A stretch of DNA of 64,000 nucleotides from Raillietiella orientalis. Taxonomy: Eukaryota. Shown in pieces: positions 11,801-23,500 of the stretch (the stretch's first letter is position 1; every line of letters begins with the position of its first letter). The stretch spans positions 4,278,001 through 4,342,000 of the forward strand of contig JAYWIR010000012.1 in assembly GCA_036172245.1 (NCBI GenBank), given 5' to 3'. The notes beneath the pieces are model-generated. The model was not told the DNA's origin, did not search any database, and saw only the letters and a program-made list of their open reading frames with translations. The position numbers and the translations under genes are program-made.

Positions 11801-14800
11801 CGGAGCCTACTTGATCCAGTCGGGTAAAAAAAAAAAAAAAAAAATCACCTCCTACAACGCGTTTCGGCACCGCGGACCAATCGGGAGCGCTGCCCAGGGT
11901 TCTCCCTCGACCTTATTTTGCGTGGGTGACTTCCTGACTTCCCCAGCGCGAGATTCCCGCCCACCCCATCAGGAGGGCAGGAACGGCCCCTCACTCCCTG
12001 CCCTTCTTTTCGCCTACCCGGGGGAAGGTATGAGGGAAGGGGGGGGGGAGGAAACTCGGTGAGCGCGCATCCAGATCTTTCGAGAGCCTGCGGGTTTCCG
12101 TTGCGAATGCTGGGCGAGATCTCGAGAGGGACGCAGGAAGCCCTCCTGCTCCGAGGATCCACCTCCATCGTGGGGAAGGGACGGATCTCCAAGGGGGGTA
12201 ATATTGGGATGAAGGGTGGGGGTGGGAGCATGAGAGAGAGTGGATTTTTGCGAGTCAGCCGGCGCTTCTCTGCGCCGTCTTCCCTCCAGAACTCGTGGGG
12301 TTCGCTGGCGGCACTGCAACACGTCCGGCGGAGGACGGGCCACACTGCCTCCAAGCGCCTCGACTCGGCCCCTCGCCAAACGCCCCCCAAATAACGCGCG
12401 AGCGCGTTTTTCCCCCCCTTCCTGCCTTTTTGTTTTTGTTCTTTTTCCTGCCTCTCCTGCTCCCGCCTCCGGAACAGCAGTGGCAGCGCGACCTTGCGCT
12501 GCCCCTGGAATATTCGGGCAGAGACGGGGTGGGTGGGGTGAGAGAGAAGACCCAGGGGTTAATGGGGGGTGGGATGGAGAGGGTGACTGCGTGCTGCCCC
12601 CGCATGCTTGCAGCCGCGCTCGCTCTCTCCATGTCCGACTCGATGCACGGCACGACGAGATGAGGCGGCGGCGCCAGCGCCGTGCGCACGGCGAGGAGGA
12701 CGCGGCGCGAGTGGAGGGAGAAACCTGTTCACGCGTCTGCTGCAGCGCGCCTCCGCCGACGGAGCAGGGGACGCAAGCGGGGAAGGAGCGAGGGAGGGGA
12801 GCAAGAAACGTGCTGCCGTTTCCACGGCAACGGCAACAATCCGGCCGTGCTTCTTTTTTTTTCTTTCCTTTTCGCGCGCGCATTTCCTTTCCTTTCCTTT
12901 CCTTGGCTCCACCTTCCCCCCCCCCCCCTTCACGCTTCCCCGCGATGCCGCCGCCGCCGCCGCAGCAGCAGCAGCAGCAGCGCCTTTTAGGGGAGGAGCC
13001 TTTCCATTCGCAACCTGCCTGCCCGTCTTCGAAAGAACGGCCATAAAAGTCACCGTCGACTAGCCTTGAACCCGTAGGACTCGTTTTTCCGCCTGCTCCG
13101 CGCACGCGCGCAGCACAGCGAGCGGGTGCGCGCGCGGCGAACGTGCCGCTCGCTTCATCTCGATGTGCAGCGGCAGGCGAGTCAAGGATACGCGGAGGAG
13201 AGGTGCGCGGGTGCAATAAACCGAACCGGCCAATAATGGAATCCCCAGGGAGATCCTCCCGGACGGTGCGGGAGAGGCGGCGGCGCGCGCATCCGCTCTG
13301 GCTCCGCCGCCGCCTCCCCCTCCTCTCGTTCCCCCTCGTCCCTTCTCCCTCCCGTCTCGGCGCCGCCCCGCCGTCGCCAGGAGGCAGCAGACACGCTCGC
13401 TGGTGGGATCCGGTCGCGCGAGAGGTTGCGAGGGGCAACGGGGCCGCGGGGAAAGGGGGTGGTGGGAGGGAGGGAAAGGGAGGAGGGCGCGCCACCGCCC
13501 CTTCGTCTTCCCCAGTCGCCCTCGCAACAGCTGCCGCGCGCGTCCTGCCGAGCGCACCATTCAAGCTCGGGGTACCGGAGAGCGACCTTCCCGAGGAGAG
13601 AAGGAAGCGGAGGAACTCCTTGCGCGGGAGGGTACCCCCGGGAAGCCCGAGGGCCCTGACTCTCCTTAGGTAGCAAGAGGAGAAAGGTCCTCCAAGGGGA
13701 CGGCGGAAGAATGGGGAACGAGTCCTGGGGCCCTCCCTTTCTCGGGACACTGTGGTCAGCCTGTCGAGCAGACGTCGGAAAAGGGCCTGGGAGTGCGTCC
13801 AGTTCCCTCCACTGGAGTCGGGACGGGTCCCTCCCGCACGGTGTTGCCAGGGGCGACTGTGCCCCGCTTCGCCTCCGGCGCCTTCGGAGAACACTCCTTC
13901 TCCCCCCCCCCCTCTTTCCCTCCGGCAAACGCGGATCCAGACGTGCGTATCCCGACACACGGCGGATGCTCCTGCTGAGCTCCGCGGGGCGCAAAGGACG
14001 GCGCGCGGCGAACGCGCGCGGAAGACACGCTCTTGTGCTGCTCCTGTCCGAAGCGGCGGCGCTCGCAACCAGATGCCGCCTCCAGCGGGCGAAGCCGGAA
14101 ACGCCACCGCCCGTCGGAAGTGGCGGGAGAAGAAGGGGGAGGGAAGGAGGGAACGCGTGCGCCCGCCTGAAGAAGTCGGAGCCGCCTCGCCGGGCCCCCG
14201 GAAACTCCCGATGCGAAGGAGTCCTGCGCAGTGGACCGGACCGCCGAAAGGCGGCGCTTGCAGCCGAGAAGGCGCCCTTCGCGGGAGGAGGGGTAGGGAG
14301 AGATCGGGGAGACGGAAAAGGGGAAAAGGAGGAGGAGGAGACGCAGTCTTTCCTGCCGAGTCCGCGTTGCGACCCGCGAGAAGTCCTGGCCCGCGGCAAC
14401 CGGCGGCTCCCCCACGAGGGTTGCCTGCCCGCCCGGGAAGCAGAGGCTCCGCCCCGCCATAGTACGTCAACCACCCAGCCGCGCCACACCCCACCCGCTG
14501 GAGGCGGAAAGGAAGGCGGGAAAACACACGGGGACGCCATGTGCGGCTCCCCCTCCGTCGGCAGCGTCGCCGCGTCGCGCGTACGAGGGTACGAGGGGCG
14601 CCTCTGCTACGCGCCTGTCATCGCCGCCATCAGCTGCTGCGTTCGTCAGGACGGCGGAGGCGCGCGTGAGGAGGAGGAAGGGGAAGGAAAAGATCGCGCC
14701 GTAAAGGAGCCCCCTATCCCCTGCCTCCGGGAACCCACAGGGGAGGGAGATCGAAAGGGCGAAGTTTCCTCGCACGTCCGCAATCCCAAGCGATCGCGTC

Positions 14801-16349
14801 GCGTGCACGGAGGGGTGTTTCCAAGCCGCACCCGCGATTCGGCCGATCGACGGCGGCGGCGGCAGCAGTTGGCGCCCGGCGCACCCGCCAGACCACCACC
14901 GGCGGTGCGGCGCATGGCCCGCCAGCCACCTCGCGCGCCCGACCGGCGAGCTCTTCCTCGCTTCCCAAGAGGCACACCACGACGCACGTGACACGCGACG
15001 GTTCCTCTTCCCTGCCCCGCGCGATCGCACCCGAGCGGGGGAGAGAGCCCGTGCGTTTCTCGGCAGACTGCACGGGCGGGGCGAGCGGATGGAAACGAAA
15101 TCGAAATCGTCACGGGGGATGCCGAAAAAGGCAGGAAAAGGGGGAAGGAGGAAAGTGGGGGGGGGGGGGGGGGAAGAGAAAAACCGGGAGGCGGGCGGGC
15201 GGAGCAGCTGGCGACGACCGCCGCGGGGTTCCTGGGATCGCCAGCAAGGCACGCTGCCACCACTCCTTTTGCTCGGAAGGTTGTTGGCACCCGAATGTTC
15301 ACGCGTTTCCGGCGCCCTTTGCGAGAAGCATCTCCAAGGGGCACGACGAGGTGCGGCCTGGAGGAGAGCGAGGCGGGGATCGAAAGTTCCTGGATTCGGA
15401 GAGACGGGGAGAGTCGGATGCGGCGCTCGCACCAGCGGGGGGAGATACGGCTGCCTTCTCATTCAAGGAGCACCAGGATGAACGCGGCGCGCGCCGTCGC
15501 GCGGACCGAACGGTTCTGCTTGGCCTGCCTCCTCCGCGTTGGCGGGAGGGAGGGAAGGAGGGAGGGGGGGGGGGAGAACACTCGGAGGAAACACACCGTG
15601 ACCGGGAAGGACGGGATCCTCGTTTTCGGCGCTTCTCGGACCATGGTTGCCGCGGGAATTCTCTCGACGATCTGGATAGACCTAATGACACACCTCGCAC
15701 GATCTTGACCTTGATATCACTCGAGGGGGATTCACTTTCATTCTTGCCTTTTGAGAAGAAAGAACTGGAACGGAGGGGGCGGCGCGCGCGCGCGCCACGC
15801 ATTCGATGCCACCGCCGCCAGAAGGCGCGCACGCGACCCCCTCGTCGACGAGCCCGGGGTGAGGCGCGCGGAGGGCCGCCGCGTCGCTGCCAGGATGGAA
15901 AGTTCGGAACGGAGAATCCCATGCGACACGCCGCCGCGTGTTGTCCGTTGCCACGCACAGGTGCTGCAAGTGGGGGGAGGGGGGAGGGGGGGGGGGAAGG
16001 GGAAGCGCGCGCGCTCTCCCGGGAGTCTCCGGCGGCAGACACGTCCTCAACGAGCACCGCGTCCCCGTGGCGACGAGGACGCTGCTGCTGCGCCCCTGTC
16101 GACGTCGCCGGAGATGGCGTGGCGCGCGCGACGCTGCCGCGTTGCAGTGCGCGCCATCTCGAGCGCGCGCCGGAAGCCCTTCTTGCTGCCCGGCAAAATC
16201 CCGCTCGAGGTGCACTGCGGATCGACTCGCAGGAAGAGAATCCTCGGAGAAACCAGGCTCACAATCCTGCCCCCCCAAAATGCTTCGATCCATGGTGGGG
16301 GAGGGGAAGGAGGAGGAGAAGGGGGTGAAGGCTCGCAATTAGGTTTCAG

Positions 16350-16700
16350 GCTCCCCTACGCTAAGAAGACCTCTAATGATTCAACCACTTCTCATAGAAA
16401 TCCCAGCGACCTTGGATTCCCTAAGAACTGCCCCCCAGCAACAACAAAAATTTGGCGCACCTGGGATACGGGAAAGGTTAAATAATTTGGAGGGGGGGGG
16501 CGTGGAACGGGAAAAAAAAAAAATGGACCATCTGCCGCCCAAGCACCTGGCAGCTTCTCAAGATGTTGCCCAAAGAAAAGATTTGTTCAATGGTGGCCGG
16601 CTGGTTCCCATTCCTTGGAATGGAAGAGGGTCAAAGGTGGGAAATCCGCACGTTTCGTAATCGTGTTCACTTCTGGAGCAGCTGCTCCCCACAATACTCT
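16350..16700 (+). mobile_element. Possible decayed LINE RT N-terminal fragment
   Basis: PLLIEIPATLDSL...GAPGIRE, then LPKEKICSMVAGWFP, weakly match EI...I.SL...K.PG.DGI and LIPK.......NWRP. Confidence 0.3.
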
Positions 16701-17419
16701 CGTGTTTACGCGCGTCCCAATAGTAACGAGCAGCCTCCACGTGAGGCGCGCACTAGAGAGCGCGCGCGCGCGCGCGGAGAAGGCGAGGATTCCTCCGTCG
16801 CTCTGTTTTCGGACGCGCGCGCGACGTGGAGAAGACCTCGTGTCGAGTTGGTTGCCGCCTATGGTCAACTGTTGATGACGACGACGACGACGACGATCAA
16901 GAAGAATGGGGACGCGAGGAGATTTCCCAGTTCGAAGAACACCACTCGCGGCTCGTCTTGGCGGCAGCACCTCACAAAGCACTCACGGAAGTGTCATCGT
17001 CTCAAAAACAAGTTACTGGAAACATCGGAGCACCTACGCCACGGATCCCCCCCCCCGCCACACCAAAAAAAAAAAAAAAACAGGGCAGAAGGTCGTGTAC
17101 ACTCCAGCTGATGCCACGGGAACGCCTTTGAACGTTTCCATAATTTAAGGTGTACCAAGAAACCCCCGAGAAGGCAGGGCAGGCCCACTTCGTTGGGGTA
17201 GGCGCTCCCCGTCGCTGCTGCTGCTGCACGTACCCTTCCTTCTTACCGTCCGCATCTGTGGCTAAGAGATGGGGCATGCGCGGTACTCCTCGGTGGGGTC
17301 GGCTTCGTTCTTGGGAGCGTGGTGGGCTGCTGCTGGAGCCCGTGCAGGGTTACCTCAATGTTCTGCCATACTCAAAGACTTCGAGTTGTGAAAAAAAAAA
17401 AAAAAAAAAAAAAAACACA

Positions 17420-17425
17420 TTTATT
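17420..17425 (-). terminator. Polyadenylation signal of myc copy A
   Basis: AATAAA on the minus strand about 140 nt after the stop, followed by TGTG and a long T run (GU/U-rich downstream element). Confidence 0.6.
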
Positions 17426-17507
17426 CTCAAAAAAATCTATCTTAAGAATATAGAATACACTTTCATATGAAAAAGTATAAATTTCCAAATATATCGATAC
17501 CACAGAA

Positions 17508-17563
17508 TAGATGTGTGCTTTCTTTGCGTACCAGTGAACGTACGCAAAACGTTCCCACATCTA
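17508..17563 (-). other. Stem-loop starting 2 nt after the myc copy A stop codon
   Basis: UAGAUGUG/CACAUCUA (8 bp) and UUUGCGUAC/GUACGCAAA (9 bp) perfect stems, a 7x7 internal loop and an 8-nt terminal loop. Confidence 0.7.
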
Positions 17564-17565
17564 CT

Positions 17566-17958
17566 TTACATATCTTTCGGGCAAGATCGCAAGATATCCA
17601 TCTTCCTTCGGAGGAGAGCGTTCAGTTCCATTTGGCGCCTGCGTTCGTTCGCCAGGAGGTCGTGTTCCCGGCGCAAAGCGCGACAGTTATCAACGGCTCT
17701 ATCCAGAATGGAGGCTTTGGGGGCCCTTTCGGACTGGCTGAGTTCGGGCAGCAGGGCCCGCAGCTTGTCGAAGGCGATACGGAGCTCTATGCGCCGCTGC
17801 CGTTCCAAGGTGTTATGGAAGGCTGGCTTTTTGCGAGGCGCCTTCGCTGGACGCTGCGCCACCTCCTCCCGGCTCTCTATCCGCCCGGGCGCCAGCAAGG
17901 AAGCTTGGGCTTGGTGCAGACGCACTTTCATTACTCGGTTACCGTTCTCAGTGGGGAA
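17566..17958 (-). CDS. myc: Myc (copy A), coding exon 3: bHLH-leucine zipper
   Basis: Follows a 59-nt GT..AG intron (18017-17959, phase 0). Encodes HNTLERQRRIELRIAFDKLRALLP...APKASILDRA...zipper, with the canonical His/Glu/Arg basic residues for CACGTG binding. TAA at 17568-17566. Confidence 0.93.
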   Translation of the reverse strand, partial: FPTENGNRVMKVRLHQAQASLLAPGRIESREEVAQRPAKAPRKKPAFHNTLERQRRIELRIAFDKLRALLPELSQSERAPKASILDRAVDNCRALRREHDLLANERRRQMELNALLRRKMDILRSCPKDM

Positions 17959-18017
17959 CTAATGTTTGATTAAAAACACATAGAGAACACTGCCAAATCA
18001 CAAGGTAATTTCCTTAC

Positions 18018-18151
18018 TTGAATAATGTGTGACGTTGCATTATCATTCAAAATAGTCGCCAAAGCAAGCTGTAGTTTTTTTCTTAGAGGTTCGCTCAGCT
18101 GCGAAAGTTTAATAGCATTTCTCTTATTAGAAAATACATCCGTTTCTTCCT
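18018..18151 (-). CDS. myc: Myc (copy A), coding exon 2
   Basis: Acceptor (T)n-GCAG|AG completes SDS-E-EETDV, matching the Myc acidic EEEIDV motif. The frame is open for 134 nt and ends at donor CAA|GTAAGG; reading on into the intron hits an in-frame TAA. Confidence 0.85.
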
Positions 18152-18289
18152 CTGCAAAAAAAAAAAAAAAAAAAAAAAGTCAAAACATTTTGAATGGTTT
18201 GGGAAATTCGGGGGGCAGCCATGACGGCATTTACGCAAGCACGGCTGCTGCTGCTGCTACTACCACTACTACTACCACTACTACCTAGG

Positions 18290-18590
18290 ATCTTCAGGAA
18301 ATTGCAATACGCGCCAGCCTTGCAAATGCGTGCAAACATGAACGAATGGTCCGCCACAGAAGCAGATGGGAAGAACTACAAGACGGAGCTGCTGATGAAC
18401 GATGCACACAGATAAGCTACGACTGCACTACGCCTGGACAAGACGCTTATACGTTTCCGGTGACCTTCAGGATGCAATCGATAGAAAAATCCTCACAAGG
18501 TTTCCGCGGATCAGATGTACTCGCGTGTACTTGAAAAACTGCATGAAAGGCTACCTATAAGGCTCAGACGTTCAAATGTACTTTAGCAAG
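18290..18590 (+). mobile_element. Possible decayed LINE RT fragment inside myc copy A intron 1 (antisense)
   Basis: GRTTRRSC**TMHT...LYVSGDLQDAIDRKIL resembles GFR.GRSC.D.I.T and L.V..DL.KAFD of non-LTR RT; contains stops. Confidence 0.35.
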
Positions 18591-18753
18591 CGGGCACGTA
18601 CCGGCGCGGAGGAGGAGCGGAAGAAGGAAGGAAGGAAGGGAGGATGGAGGAGGAGGAAGAAGGGAAAAAAAAAGAAAAAAAGGAAAAAAAAGAAAAAAAA
18701 AAAAAAAAAAAGAGGCGCCGCCGCCGTGTTGTCCTCGAGCGAAGCGAACGTAC

Positions 18754-19222
18754 CTGAATCGGAAGGAGTTGGCAACCCTTGGAATGCATACGGCTTTCTC
18801 CTGGAAGTACCATAGCTGTGATCCAAGTGCATTGTATTGGGACTAGGCATTTTCGTTTCCTGAAGTACAGATTCGGAATCACACTCGGGTAAACTGGAGG
18901 GAGGACTGTCTGGGTAGGCGAATTCACTGTTGGGAGTACCAGCTGGATCAGCGAACTCGGAAGTTCTGTTTGGACCATGGTCATGTTTTTGATGATGTTC
19001 TTTGCTAATACAGGAGCCGGACCACATGCAATCGTGTCTGAGTTCGCATCTGATTTCTGGTTCACATTCGCTTGCCCACTCGTGAGACGCGTGTCCGAAG
19101 GAATACGTGGAGCAGTTGTTGTTCGACAGGTCGAACTTCTTCCAGATGTCGTCACTGGGAGTCGCGAACTCCTCTCCCGTGCTGTCGAAGAAGCAGTCGC
19201 CGCTCATGTTGCACAGACTCAT
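18754..19222 (-). CDS. myc: Myc transcription factor (copy A), coding exon 1: MBI core, MBII and start of the MBIII/acidic region
   Basis: ATG at 19222 in a CAAAATG context. Translation contains PSDDIWKKFDL (MBI core, 19159-19127), LRHDCMWSGSC (MBII), LDHSYG and LPTPSDS. It ends at the donor TCAG|GTACGT (phase 1), the intron position conserved in metazoan myc genes. The upstream GTG start in the ORF track is unverified. Confidence 0.93.
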
Positions 19223-19469
19223 TTTGCCAGTGGTGCGCGCATCTCCCTCCGGCCAGCAGCAGCAGCAGCACACACCCACACCTCGCGCGCTCCCGCAACG
19301 GAATGTGAGGAGCGACTGCACGGAGCTTCCACCTAAATGTACCCGCGAAACCGAGTTTACGTGGAATCTTGCGTAGATACATGCGGGGGGTACAGGCGCG
19401 AACCAAAATATCTGTCCGAAAATCGATGTACTCCCTCGCCCTTAACCCTGACGGGAAAAAGCGCGCCAG

Positions 19470-19703
19470 TTCTTCTTCTTCTTCTTCTTCTTCTTCTTCT
19501 CCTCCTCCTCCTCCTCCTCCTTCTTCTTCTTCTTCTTCGGTAATTGTGTGCGCACTCTTTCCCTCTTGAATCAGCAGATAGTAAAGTTTCGTTCATATCG
19601 TACATCGTACTTTCCCGTGCCCACGGACGATCCGTTTTTTTTTTTTTTTCTCCCCCTTCTTCTTCTCCTTATTCTCCCTCTCTCCCTCCCTCCCTCCCTC
19701 CCT

Positions 19704-19776
<73 letters not shown>

Positions 19777-19810
19777 CCTCCCTCCTCTTCCTCTTCTTCT
19801 TCTTCTTCTT
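19470..19810. repeat. Compound microsatellite/polypyrimidine block upstream of myc copy A
   Basis: (TCT)n(CCT)n(TCT)n, a T run, (CCCT)n and a long (CT)n tract are directly visible. Confidence 0.9.
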
Positions 19811-21499
19811 TTGAGCCTGCGTTGGTGTTCCTCTCTCCGCCGTTCCTTCTTTCGCTTCCAGATGCGTTCGAAGGAAAAAAAAAAAAAAAAAAAAAGTCGG
19901 AAAAAAAAATTCTGTGAACGCCCCCGTGTACACTTTATTACCTGTTCGTGGGGATCGTGTGTGTGTTGCAACGCATCACTTCAATGCTTGAAATGGAAAG
20001 CAAGCATTTTTCATCTCCTCTGCTCTTCCTGAGCAGTCCGCGCCTCTCGCACTCACGCCCGAAATTTCGGCCCGATGCGCCTTGCATTTGCAACTGCTCT
20101 GGTTTTCAGAGAAGGCACGGCATTCCACGGATGCCCTCTCTGGGCTGCGAGACCACATCCTCGCCGGCCCTGGCTGGAGGTAGCCGTGTGCCACCGACCA
20201 GCCCGAGCAGCGGGATGGAGCAGCAGCCGACACCGTCTTCGCCGCGAGAAGAAGAAGAGGACGCCGTGAAAGGGTTCGGAGCGACCGATGTCGGCAAAGA
20301 GGGACGGCGAGAGGAGAGGCGCTTATCAGTCGCGACAGCATGGCCTGGACAGAATGCTGTTCGGATGATTCTCTCTCTCTCTCACTCTCTCTCTCTCTTT
20401 TTTTTTTTTTTCCTTTCCTTCCTCTTCCCCCTTCTGTGAACGTCCAAGAAGCGCAGGCAGGTGATTTCCGCGGAAAGCCGGCGGAAAGTGGAGAGAAATC
20501 TCCTGCAGCGTTCCACCCTTTTCGAAACGTGGACAAGTTCAAGCGTGACTCATTTTCCATCGATTCGTTCGATTTGCTGTGGCGTACTCATCGTCTACCG
20601 TCGATGAAAACCCTGCGGTTCGTCTACGGTTTGCATTTCCTCAGGGCAACTCTGTCACCCTTTGCTTTCTTTTTCCTTTTTTTTTTCCCCCCCCCCCCTT
20701 CTTCCTTTTCCTTTTTTTTTTTTTTTTTTTTCGCACGGCGTATATATATATATATGCAGATATTTTCGAAAGTCGCGCAAGTCGCGCAAACAACAACAAC
20801 AGCAGCGATTTGTTCTTCGTAATTAGAGTTTCGCGAAATGCTCGGTTAAAGCGTCGTGGAAACGAAAATCGATTGTCGTTTTCGAACGAAACGCGCGCTC
20901 CGTAACCAACATCACCGCCGAGCAACAGCACACGTGTCTAATTACACTCCCATTGTTCGTAGTTGATTGCTTCCAGCATCGCCGCCGATTGTTGGCGTCG
21001 ACGATTTCAATAATGCGGAATCAACGAATCCGCCGTTCGCGACGCGCGCGTCCAACTCCGCAGGGTTTCACCTAGGCAACCCCCGCGCTTCCCGCCGCCA
21101 CTCTCGCGTATTTTCGGCAGGTTCGCCGGCTCCCCAACCAGCAGCCTCTTCCACGCGGGCGCGTCGGGTCTGCCTCGGCGGGACCACATTCTTCCCCCCG
21201 TCCGCTATGCCAGGAGCTGAAGTGGTGACAGAAGTCGTGGCAATCATCACGTACGATCTGCAGCGATAACCACAGATAAGTGCTGCTCTAGTTGCAGTCT
21301 GACTCTTCCAACTTACGTTTCTAGGTTACCTCGATGAGATGCCAGGGCGAGGAAGCGCGCGCGGGCTCTCTACCCGGGAGCGACGCTCGTCTGGACCCAG
21401 CATCGTCAAAGTCTGGCCAAAACCTCCCCCACCCACCCACCCCACCCCTCCTTCCCTCTGGGAGGAAGGTCCAGTCGGAACTCCACCCCGGGCAGATGA

Positions 21500-21800
21500 T
21501 AAAGCCGGGAGGGGGGGGGGGACGGGGAACCGCCGCCAGAAATGTCTGCGACAGCTACCCCGGGAGGGAGTCTTGCTGCTGATGCACCGGAGACCCCACA
21601 GTTGCCAGCACGCGCTGGTTTTCTCTTCGGGCAGAATCCCACGCCCTATCGGTTCCCAGGTTCGCGGCTCGTGTGGAAGAGAACCCCAGCATCCATTGTC
21701 ATCATGAATGAGGCCGTCATCGTGTGCGAAGAGGAAAGCGTATGAGAAGGGGTCGACTGGCTCTCTCGGAATGCGTCCTGGCACCCGAACGGTGGCGCGG
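21500..21800 (-). mobile_element. Decayed LINE RT fragment (catalytic region)
   Basis: YAFLFAHDDGLIH...TWEPIGRGILPEEKT resembles LFADD...W....GL....KT. Confidence 0.38.
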
Positions 21801-22999
21801 TAGCAGCAGCATGCAACTTTGAGAGAATCTGCAGTCGTTCGGTATCCGAGAGAACTGATGGGCGCTCTCATTCCCCTCCTCCTCCCCCCCTCTCTCTGTC
21901 TCTCTCGTCTTTCTCGGGGGTCTGCTGGTTTCGTCACCGCGAAGATGCATCTCGAGATCGGAAGATGTTTCGAAAATTTCCAGGAGGAGGGGAGGAGCGG
22001 ATGCGAGACGGAAACGGAGGAAACGCAAGATGGTGAAGCTGCCGTCCGTCACCTCTTCCACCGTCACTGACGACGACAGAGACGGGAGCGCGTCCGCCCG
22101 CGAGTAGCACGTGATCGTTTCCTCCCGCGCGTACGAGGACGTGCTTTGATTGAACCGCACGCTTCGCGTCTGTTCGCATGCGCGCGAGCGAGCGAGCGAG
22201 CGCGCGCGCGCGCTGTGTGAAACGCGCGGGAATTCGCGCGGGTCTCCGCACGCATGCCTGGCCCCCGACGCGGAGCGGCGGCGGCGGTCATGCATGAGAC
22301 GGGAAGCTCGGGCAGCGCGGCTGGAAGGAAGGAGAGAACAAGCAACCTGCACGCACGTTCTCCCTTCTCCTCCCCCACCCTTCTCCCTTTCCTCTCCCTC
22401 CCCCATCTCTCTCTCTCTCTCTCTCTCTCTGCCCGTTTCCCCTTTGCAGAAAATAAAAAGAATAAAATAAAACACGAAGCAGACAGCAGCAACGCCAGCT
22501 TCGGGCGTCGCCGCGAAGCTGAGGGATCTTCGCCTCAGATCCGCCTCGCCTCGGAGTCGTTTCCGCGGCGACGCGTCCGAAGTAGCTGAGCGCGTCGGGT
22601 GCCGGCGCCCGTGCGCACGCAGCATCTCGTCGTCCGGAGCGCGCTCACGCGCGCGGGAGAAGGGGGACAGAGGGACCCGATACCCCTTTGCACCCTCCGG
22701 GGGGGAAGAGGGCACTGCCATGTTTTCCCTCCCCGGGAATTGGGTTCGGACTCCGCAGTCCGGACGGGGCAGATGGAAGGGCCTCTCCCCGGCAGGTAGA
22801 GAGCGACCGGCGCGTCGGGAACGACAGGAACCACCTCCTCCTCCCCACTGACCCCTGCGTGCGTCCTTTTCCCGGAGCCCGCCTCGGAGCTCCCCGTGAG
22901 GAGCGGAGGGGAGCGCACCCAGTTCGAGGCCTCCACTCCCCTCTCCTTCCAGCGGACGTGGAATGCGGGGCTGGACGTGGTGCAGAGGAAAAAGGAAGG

Positions 23000-23500
23000 T
23001 GAGGACGCGTACAGTTAGGTCAGGAGGCCGCCTCCCTCCCGTCTCAGCCCTTGAAACCGATGCCAGGTAGCTCCGGCAGGCTTGCTGACCCTTCTATCCG
23101 CCTCCGAAAGGACTAGTAGAGGGTCACCCCTTCGGGGGAGCTCCCGCGCTTGGGGGCGTTCCGAAGCGGCACCCTTCTGGACGGGACTGATTCCTCTGGA
23201 ACCACGGGCAGGAGGGAGGGGGAACCTTCCTTCGCTGTCCCCGGTCTCCAGAGGATCCGGGAAGAGACGGATCGCTCCGGGAAAGGGTCGAGGAGCAGGG
23301 CAGGGGGGGGGGAGAAAGAAGGGAGACATCTTCTCCTCCCCGTTCCGAAGGGAAGGTCTCGCCAAACGGGACCCCTGCCCCCCTGCCCAGATCGTCCTCC
23401 TCCCGGACGTCCTGTCCGGGAGATCCTGCAGAGACGGTGCATCTCCGCAGGGCGGAAGCAGGCGGGAGACCTGGGCCGGAGGGAAGCAGGGAAACTCCCC
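23000..23500 (-). mobile_element. Decayed L1/Tx1-like RT fragment
   Basis: RELPRRGDPLLVL...FQGLRREGGGLLT*LYASS resembles RG.RQGDPLSPLLF...GL...G......LYADD. Confidence 0.33.

Noticed and set aside
12014..14527. 837-aa ORF and other long Arg/Pro/Gly-rich ORFs (e.g. 1426-2808, 7383-9068, 24053-25504, 42268-43854)
   Set aside because: No recognisable domains, open in several overlapping frames and crossing homopolymer or microsatellite tracts; expected from stop-codon scarcity in very GC-rich DNA.
19223..19321. Non-AUG N-terminal extension of myc copy A, as in the ORF track
   Set aside because: The frame is open, but the extension runs through a (TGC)n repeat, has no Myc-like content, and the ATG at 19222 has a good context; untestable from sequence alone.
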